Source: Fonticula alba ATCC 38817 (lineage: Eukaryota; Protista; Nucleariida). From it: a DNA stretch of 17,095 bases. Location: the NCBI GenBank assembly GCA_000388065.2, contig KB932203.1; one strand, given 5' to 3'. Below are positions 9,718 through 17,095 of the stretch, one piece after another (positions within the stretch are counted from its first letter, which is position 1; the number at the start of each line of letters is the position of its first letter). The notes below the pieces were generated by a model, which searched no databases, was not told the origin of the DNA, and was given only the letters and a program-made list of their open reading frames with translations. The translations under genes and the position numbers were made by a program.

Positions 9718-11263
9718 ATGGCACACGTCGGGCACCACGTCGGGCACCACGCCCACCACGTCCCGGCCGCGCCGGCGGCCGACGCCAATGCCGTCATCCT
9801 TGCGACGGCCGGCTACGGCGACAAAATCCGCTTCTGGGAGGCCCTAAGCGGCATTTGCTACCGGACCATCCAGCACACGAACTCCGTACGCCCGATCGCC
9901 CTCTCTCTCTCTCTCTCTCTTTCCCTCCCTCCCTCTCTCCCTCCGTCGGGGCCCTGTCCCTCCGGCCTTCCCCCACCGGCGTGGGAAGTGGCCGCCCCCG
10001 CTCATCCCCCTCCTAACATGACATCCATTCGCCACGCCAGCACGTCAATGCTCTGGCCATCACCACCGACAAGCGGTTCCTGGCGGCCGCCGGCCACGGG
10101 TCGGTCCGCCTGTATGACCTCGTCCATCCGACCAACAGCCCGATCTTGGCGCTGGACGCCGCACACCCGAATGCGAATGTCACGGCCCTCGGCTTCCAGC
10201 GCGATGGCGCCTGGATGTTTACCGGCAGCGAGGATGGCACGGTGCGCGTGTGGGATTTGCGTGCGCCCCCGGGCAGCGCGGCCGGGGCCTCCTCCGGCGG
10301 CAGCGGAGCCGGGGCCTCCGGCGGCGGTGCCCCGAGCGCCGGTTGCCAGCGCAACTACTCCCACCGCGGGGGCGCGGTCAACTCGGTCGTCCTGCATCCG
10401 AATCAGGCTGAGCTGGCTAGCGGCACTCAGGCCGGCAGCATCAAGATCTGGGACCTGACAGCGAACGCCTGCTCGCATGAGCTGGTACGTCGCGCTCTCG
10501 CAAGGGGGAGGGGCATGGGCGAGGGCGTCGGTGGCGGCTGGCCTTGTCTCCTCCTCCCCCTCCTCCTCCGGGTCTTGGCCTTTTCCTTTCCTCCCCCGGG
10601 GCTTGCTAACCACCTTGTCCGCGCATTGGGCATCCTCCCTCATGTCCTTCCTCCTGCACCTATCAGGTCCCGGAGGAGCATACGCCCATTCGCTCGCTGC
10701 ACATCAGCGCCGATGGCGCGCACCTGGCCGCGGCCAATGATGGTGGCCGGACATATGTCTGGCGCTTCTACGAGCGCCCTCCCCAGGCTATGGCCCTGCC
10801 AGACCAGCCGCCCGAAGCGGCGGAGCTCATCCCCCTGGCCGCGGTTCAGGCCCACAACCGGTACATCCTCCGGTGCCTGTTTAGCCCAGATGTGAGGTAT
10901 GTCCCTGCGTGGTCTTCCGGCCGGGCCACAGTGCCCCGTGTCCTTTTCTTCCTTCCCATGCCCCTTCTCCCACTTGCCTTTGCCCTGTGCTCATGCGTTT
11001 GTCCTTCGCCCGCTTGCCTGGGGCGCCACCACCTGAAACAGGTATCTGGCCACCACCTCGGCCGACCATACTGTCCGTCTGTTTGACGTGGCCAACAACT
11101 TCACCCAGGTCCGGCCGCCGCTGACTGGGCACCGGCGCTGGGTTTGGGACTGCGCATTCAGTGCTGACTCTGCCTACCTTGTCACCGGTATGTTTTGGCT
11201 GCGCTCCCCATGCTCGCCCATGTTTCCTGCTTGTGAGGCCCGTCACTGACTCCATCCTGCCGA

Positions 11264-11329
<66 letters not shown>

Positions 11330-11472
11330 TGCTGCTGTTGCTGATCTCTCTTTCAGCGAGCTCTGACAAGACCGCCCGGCTGTGGGACCTGTCAACCGGC
11401 GAGACAATCCGCACATACACTGGACACGAGAAGGGATGTACCTCGATCGCGCTCAACGATTATGGCCAGTAA
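9718..11472 (+). CDS. LST8: Target of rapamycin complex subunit LST8 (WD40 propeller), 367 aa; exons 9718-9885, 10041-10484, 10667-10896, 11042-11187, 11357-11472
   Basis: Family motifs [121 protein letters not shown]...IALND. Four phase-consistent GT-AG introns; total 1104 nt. Confidence 0.97.
11266..11343 (+). repeat. (CTG)n tract of 26 triplets (23 CTG, 3 TTG) in LST8 intron 4
   Basis: Read directly; the last CTG is part of CTGAT, and the acceptor AG is at 11355-11356. Confidence 0.95.
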
Positions 11473-11721
11473 ATACGCCGCGCCTCTCCACGCCTTCCCT
11501 CCTCTCCCCCCCCCCCCCCCACACACACACGCCTTCTCCACCTCTCGCCACCTCTGTATGGCACGTGCGCATGAGTGCGCGGAGCTTCTATCCAGTTTCC
11601 CCGGCCCGCCGTCTGCGCAGTGCCGTCTTGTCTGTCCTTGTCGTGCCTCTCTGGCTTTCTCTTTCCCACCGATCTTCACACTTGTTCCAGGTGCAGCTGC
11701 AGTTTCATGGAATTGTTTGTC

Positions 11722-11727
11722 TTTATT
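11722..11727 (-). promoter_or_regulatory. Putative AATAAA polyadenylation signal of the Myb/SANT-like gene
   Basis: TTTATT on the plus strand, ~27 nt downstream of the minus-strand stop at 11754, in an AT-rich patch of otherwise GC-rich DNA. Confidence 0.5.
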
Positions 11728-11753
11728 TTCCCTCAACAAAATACACCATACCT

Positions 11754-12809
11754 CTAATTTCCCCGGTGGCCGCCAGCCAGCTCGAAGGCCAGGCATCCAT
11801 AGATCCCGGCCAAGTCCAGCTGGACATCCTCTCCCTGTTCGCTGGTGGCCAGACATTGGCGGGCCCAGACATCGGCCCCCCGGATGTCGGCATTCTCGGT
11901 GCACACCCCATCGGCGGCCATATCTCGGCCCAGGGAGAGGTATCGCCGGCGGACACGCGGCCGACCAGGCTGCCAACCGGCGCCCGGAGGCACTGGCGTT
12001 GTATCGGCCCACCGATCAAGGCTGGTCTGGGAGGCGAGGGCCTCCGCCAGGAGTCTGGCCAGATGGGCGGCGGGCAAATGGCCGGGATGGTGAGCCACTG
12101 GTGGCTGTAGTGCTTGGCAGGGTGGCTAAGACGTACTCCTTGATTTCGATCGAGCAGATTGCCTGTAGGCAGTCGGCTGGCGCGCGCTCTGGCAGGAGAA
12201 GCTCGCACATTTCAACCAGGACGGGCATTTGGTCTTCGCATGTGAAGCCGGCAGGAGGGCATCAGCATCCGGCACAGGGAGCAACGGAGGCCAGGCGGGG
12301 CTTCGCGCACCGTGGATGATCATTGGCGTGAGTTGCTCAGCCGAAAGCCCCAGCGCTTGGATGATCAGCAGCAGCTGGGACAGCTCATCGCGATCCCATG
12401 GGTCATTTCGGGTGAGCACGCGCGGCTTCATGGCCGGCCGGATGGGGTCCTGAAAGTGTGTGCGGGGACATGGCCCGGGCAAATGAGAGTGAATGAGTGG
12501 CAGGCGCATCAGCACATGAGAAGGAGGGCAACCGGCGGCAGGGCCGGGGAGAGGGGGGGGGGGGGGGGGGATGGGCGTACCCGCTTTATTTCGACCGACT
12601 CGGCAGGGGTCTCGGAATGCCCGCCATCAAAGTCATTTGCGGCGTTCACTGGGCGATCGGCACAGGAACGGAGATGCAGGCGCAAGGGTCAGCAGGGGAA
12701 AGGCAGGAGTCAATCAGGCGAGGAGCAGCGCGAGCAGGAATCTCACTCGCGCACAGATGCGCAGGATGGCATCCTGCGGAGGGCCACCAGAATCCGGCGA
12801 CGGTGCCAT
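11754..12809 (-). CDS. Myb/SANT-like domain protein, 219 aa, possible SNAPC2/SNAP45-like; exons 12809-12755, 12648-12581, 12449-12311, 12233-12137, 12054-11754
   Basis: Four introns (106, 131, 77, 82 nt) with consensus donors GTGCGC, GTACGC, GTGCGC, GTACGT, branch motifs CTGAC, CTGAT, CTGAT, CTCAC and AG acceptors. All phases join into one 660-nt stop-free frame: ...NDPWDRDELSQLLLIIQALG...LLLPERAPADCLQAICSIEIKELLAEALA...ADVWARQ...LDLAGIYGCLAFELAGGHRGN*. The W-x3-E-x3-LL and R-x4-C pattern is SANT-like. The true start may lie further upstream. Gene structure is well supported; the family call is inference. Confidence 0.8.
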
Positions 12810-13925
12810 TCGGTGATATCCCGGTCGAGGAAGAGGGGGTGACACACTTGGTCCAGGAGAAGGAACGAAGGAGGGGACCGAGCGAGAGGGGGAGAGTACG
12901 TGCGAGCGCGGAGGAAGGTGGAGGGCTGGAAACAGGCAGGTCTGCCGCCCTGGGGGTGAGCGGGAAAAAGGGCCTCGGGTTAGGGGCACCTCCTGGTCAC
13001 ATGCATATGACCTCAGTCACGCCGATCGATCTGCGCTTTTCACACTGCAGACGAGGGGGGGGGGCGAAATTTCGACCATAGAGAGGGGGCGCGTATCTGC
13101 GTCCGGGGCTCTGCGCCACTCACTACTATCCCCGGGCCAGGGCCGTGGTCGGTCGGTCGGTTGGTCGGCCGGCCGGCCGGATGGCCGGTACTGCGCGGCT
13201 TTCGGGCCACACTGGTCGCAGATCTTGGGTGTTTCACCCGGCCCCGAGAGGGAGATTGGCTTCCGGAGAAGTGCCCTCGCCCCACGCAGCCAGATGTCCG
13301 CCGGCCCCGCGGTGCCAGACCGCACGCCACTGCCCGCGGCCGTGCAAACAGATCGCGACGTTTTCGCCTGCGCGCGGACAGAACAAGGAAAGTGGTTGAA
13401 CAGACCCCGGCGCCTGCCAGCGGTGGGCCCTGCACGCCCATGACTCGGTCGGGGCGGCCGGCTCACGCGGGGCGCCCCGGGGCATGTTGGCCGAGGCCTG
13501 CGCTCGGCCCTCCGCCCACTCCACCCGCACCCTCGAGGCATGGGAAAATACGCACGCGTCTACGTGTATGTGCAGGCGAGTGTGTGTGCGCGCGCATATG
13601 TCTGGCCCCCGTCCCCCGAGATTGGACGCGCCTGACTGGGTGGCATCCGCATGACGCGATCGGACCTCCTGCAACTGCAATTGCAACTTCGCCGGAGTAG
13701 AGTGGGCAGGAGGGGGGGAGATGCGCGCGGCCCGTGCCCCCCCCCCCCGGGCTTACACAGTCGCATTGTGCATGCGACCGGCTCCGAAGACATCATTAAA
13801 GAGGGTATCGAGTGCACTCTTCAACGCCCCCCCCCCTTGGTCTATGACACCTTCTTCCTCACCCCCTCCCCCTCCTCCCAAACGCCACTTCCCCCATACC
13901 TGCCCCCCCTCCTCGCCCCAAGTGC

Positions 13926-13961
13926 CCTCCTCCTCCTCCTCCTCCTCCTCCTCCTCCTCCT
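13926..13961. repeat. (CCT)12 microsatellite upstream of the OSCA start
   Basis: Read directly from the sequence. Confidence 0.9.
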
Positions 13962-14065
13962 CCCAATACCCTGAAGGGAAACGGGACTACAACCGGCTGG
14001 TTTGCCTTTCCGTCTCTCCCTTCAGCGCTCTGGTGTCCCTGCTCCCCACTCCCTGGCTGCTCGAC

Positions 14066-16909
14066 ATGGCTTGCCCGGTCGGGGTACCCAGCCAGCCGCG
14101 GCCATCCCCGTCGCTGCTGATGCTGCTCGCTTCGTTAATCGCCATGCTGGCCATCGGTCCGGCCCTTGCCATGGAGGCTAGCTCATCCGCTGCCTCGCAG
14201 CCTGCCTCCGGCTCAACCCCATCCGCCTCCTCCGCCTCCTCCTCCGATGGATCCACCGAGGAGGACCCCTCCCAGGCATTGGCCTTCGCCTTCCTGACCA
14301 ATGCCGCAATCGCTTTGGTGATTGCCACGGCTTGGCTGCTGCTTCGGCCCTACTGGTCGGCGGTCTTCACGCCGAATGTGGCCGAGGAACAGAACCGCGG
14401 GATCCCAGGTCCGTCGCTTGGCGCCTCACCCCTGCCGGCACACGCCCCCCATGCACCATGCCGGTCACTGACACCTGTCCCATGTAGATCCGATTTCCGC
14501 GCCGGTTGGCTTCTTCGGCTGGGTGCGGCCCGTCCTGACAACCCCTCTCGCATGGTACCGGCGTCGACGCGGCCTCGACACCTACCTGTACATGGACTGG
14601 GTGCACGACTGTGCCCTGCTCTTTGGGGGACTGCTGCTCTATTCTCTCGTATGTGTTGCCCGCCGGCTGCCTTCGTGCTGTGCCGCGTCCCTCTAGCCCC
14701 ACACTCACAGTCTCCTGTCCCTGACGTTCCCCCCTTCTGTCTCTCTCTCTCTCTCCCTCCCTTCCTTTGCCTTTCGCTGCCCAGATCGTCACTATGCCGA
14801 TCAATTCGGCCGGCACCAACAAGTCTCTCCCCGAAAATGATCCCTTTCATGTGTCTGGCCTGGACATCGTATCCATGGCCAACATTCCTTACGGCTCGAG
14901 TTTACTATGGGGTACGCGCGCGCGCGCGCGCGCCCATCGCCGCCCCCTGCCCGCCTCTTTGACCCGTGGCTGACCATTTCCCCGGCGCACACGCACGCGC
15001 GCACGCACGTCCCCCATTGGCCGCGGGCTTAGCTCACATTGTCTCGCTGCTGCTGCTAACCGTGGCCCTGGTCTTTTGGGCCTACCGGCGGTACTTGCAC
15101 TATCACGTCCTGCGGAAGGCCTATCTCGCTCGCGGGGATGGCCATCCGCCCGGGACACCCGAGTACATCGATGCCACGCCGACTCGGTCGCTCTTTGCCC
15201 AGCGGGTGGCCGTGCCGGCCGCCGCGCGGGACATGTCCATCACGGCGCAGCGGGCCCTGCTGCGGGATGCCTTCGCCGATTTGCTGATGCGCCGGCTGAC
15301 TCCCGAATCGCCGGGCGACCTGGAGGCCGGCCATGGGGATGGTCCCCTTCTGAAGGTGTCGCCGGATGATGTGCGCGCCGTGGCCCTGCCTCGCCATGAC
15401 CCGCGGCTGGAGGCCCTCCGCCGGGATGAGCAGTTCTTGGTGAATCGCCTCCGCCGGGTGGTAGACCGTAATGCCCGGCGTCTGGCCCACCATTTGGGCC
15501 AGTCACACTCCATCGACCGCGCCGAGGTCACCCCCTTGGGGGAGCCCCACGGCTCGGCCATGACACCGGCCGAGTTGACAGCCGCCCACTTGGCACGCGT
15601 GCAAGCCGGCCTGTCATCCGGGGCCCCGCGTGTCCAACACAGGACCGGCTTCCTGGGCATCTTCGGCCAGAAGGTGGACAGCGAATCGAACCTGCGCGTG
15701 CGGCTGCTGTCCGTGCAGTTGGCCATCGCCAAGCGCCAGGCACGCCCTCAATGCCGGCCGCTCGGGTGTGCCATGTTCGTGCTGAGCTCTCGGGCGCTGG
15801 CCGATGCCATCCTCGACCGGCAGAATGCCCTGCGGGTGATGGCCACCAGCCTGCTGACTGCCACCGCCGGCGGTAACACCCTGCCCTCTGGGGCCCTGAC
15901 ATTGCACTTCACCCCGGCCATGATGGAACGGGCGCGGCAGCGGGATCTCCGGGCACGGGCCCGTGCGGCCGCCGCCCAGCATGCTCTGGACGAGGCGTTG
16001 AGTGCCCTGCGTGCTGCCGGGCATCTGGATGCCGATCTGCGCGCTTGGCTGGCCATCGACGCCGAGGACTCCATCCTGGACGAGCCGGATGCCATTGAGC
16101 CCGGTGCTGACGGCGATGTGCAGCATGCCGGGCCTCCGGCCGTGACGGCCGCCGGCCCCACTCCCGGCGGGCTGACCAAGGGTGCTGGCAGCTTCGCCGA
16201 TCCCCAGGACACGGGTGCGGACATTCGTGAGGGCATCCGCGGGTATCTGTCCCCCCGGGGAGTCCCTGGCGGCGGTGGCTTCGATGCCAGTCTGTTGGAG
16301 ATGGACATTGCGGCCAATCCCGATGACCTGGCCGAAATGGCTGGCAGCCTGTGCGACCCGCTGGATGCCAGCGACTCGGATGCCGATGGTCTGCCGGCTG
16401 GCAGCGAGGCCAAGAGCCCGGCACCGCGTCTGGGCTCGGCCGGGACTGCTGGCTCGGCCATCGAGCTGGCTAGCATTCGCCTGGAGCCCCTTGACCAGGC
16501 GCCTGGCAGTGGCACCGTCGAGCAGGAGGCCCCCTCGCCGCCGATGGGCCCGACCGATGCACGCACTGCTCGGACCCGTGTCACCCTGACCGGGGGCCCG
16601 GATCGCACGGACCTGGATTGGCGGTCGCTGGCGTACGGCAACCTGGCCCTGATGGTTCGGCGCATCCTCTCGCTCGGGGTGTTTGTCTTCCTGATCCTCT
16701 TTTGGGCCATCCCGGTGGCCTTTGTCCAGAGTCTTGGGCACTTGCGCAGCTTGTCGCAGTCCTCCCCGGCCCTGGCGTGGATCGGCGATCTCCTGGACCT
16801 GCTCGGGCCCAACATCGAGTCACTGCTCAACAACTACCTCCCCTCGCTGCTGCTCGTGATCCTCATGTCGCTGGTCGTGCCGTTGATGTCCTTCTTGATC
16901 GAGCGCGAG
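14066..16909 (+). CDS. OSCA/TMEM63 (CSC1-like) stress-gated cation channel, 5' part; exons 14066-14408, 14488-14648, 14785-14911, 15033-16909; the gene continues past the window end
   Basis: Family hallmarks: TM0 ...WLLLRPYWSAVFTP, GFFGWVRPVL, GLDTYLY, IVTMPIN, GLDIVSMANIP...LWAH, RTGFLGIFGQKVDS, GPDRTDLDWRSL, LILFWAIPVAFVQSL..L..L, YLPSLLLVILMSLVVP. Introns are phase-consistent. Exon 4 (1877 nt) is absent from the ORF track, apparently because its frame has no stop before the window ends. Confidence 0.93.
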
Positions 16910-17050
16910 GTCCGCACATGCTTATCCATTCGCCTGCTCCCCTCCCCCCTCCGCCCTTGGTCCTTTGTTCCGTGTCGGCGGCGGCCTCTTGCCTTCGCTC
17001 GCCTCTCGCCGCCACTGACGTCCCCTCCTTCCGTCACCGCTCCTCCCTCT

Positions 17051-17090
17051 CTCCCTCTCTCTCCCTCTCTCTCCCTCTCTCTCCCTCTCT
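17051..17090. repeat. Tandem 10-mer (CTCCCTCTCT)x4 in OSCA intron 4
   Basis: Read directly from the sequence. Confidence 0.9.
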
Positions 17091-17095
17091 CTCTC

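Noticed and set aside
9718-9762. Short repeats as a possible CRISPR-like array
   Set aside because: Eukaryotic coding tandem repeats with no unique spacers.
5367-10458. Long ORF-track entries containing X runs
   Set aside because: They stay open only because they cross N gaps.
5284-11472. Divergent TrpRS-LST8 pair as an amino-acid-sensing/TOR gene cluster
   Set aside because: Adjacency alone is weak evidence in a compact eukaryotic genome, a gap separates the genes and may hide another gene, and no synteny data are available.
11382-12208. Plus ORF 11382..12110 and the Trp-Pro-rich minus ORF 11723..12208
   Set aside because: Shadow frames of the spliced minus-strand Myb/SANT-like gene. The repeated WP motifs result from reading CTGGCC-rich codons out of frame.
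13066-13075. Palindrome CGAAATTTCG resembling a heat-shock element
   Set aside because: Only two nGAAn units; a functional HSE normally needs three.
15614-16833. Long minus-strand ORFs (375 aa and 361 aa)
   Set aside because: Antisense shadows of OSCA exon 4, which has clear family motifs on the plus strand.

Overview
Intron-rich, visibly GC-rich eukaryotic genomic DNA from a gapped draft scaffold (N runs at 6386-6900, 8312-8321, 8876-9614). Poly-C/G tracts, microsatellites, GT(A/G/C)(C/T)G(C/T) donors and CT(A/G/C)AY branch motifs fit a unicellular opisthokont such as Fonticula, but that taxon is an unverified guess. I reconstructed five genes by hand, checking exon phases: (1) a low-complexity polyQ protein of unknown function (+, ~1676-3613); (2) cytosolic tryptophanyl-tRNA synthetase (-, 5284-7455), whose exons 2 and 3 lie out of order in a 554-bp contig at 8322-8875, upstream of exon 1; (3) TOR-complex subunit LST8 (+, 9718-11472); (4) a 5-exon, 219-aa Myb/SANT-like gene resembling SNAPC2/SNAP45, split across four separate ORF-track entries plus one unlisted short exon (-, 11754-12809); (5) the 5' part of an OSCA/TMEM63 channel with a ~250-aa insertion (+, 14066 to beyond the window end). 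No rRNA, tRNA, CRISPR array or mobile element is supported. The best leads are the SNAPC2-like gene, the scrambled TrpRS exons (most likely mis-scaffolding) and the absence of A at donor position +4 in all 19 introns.
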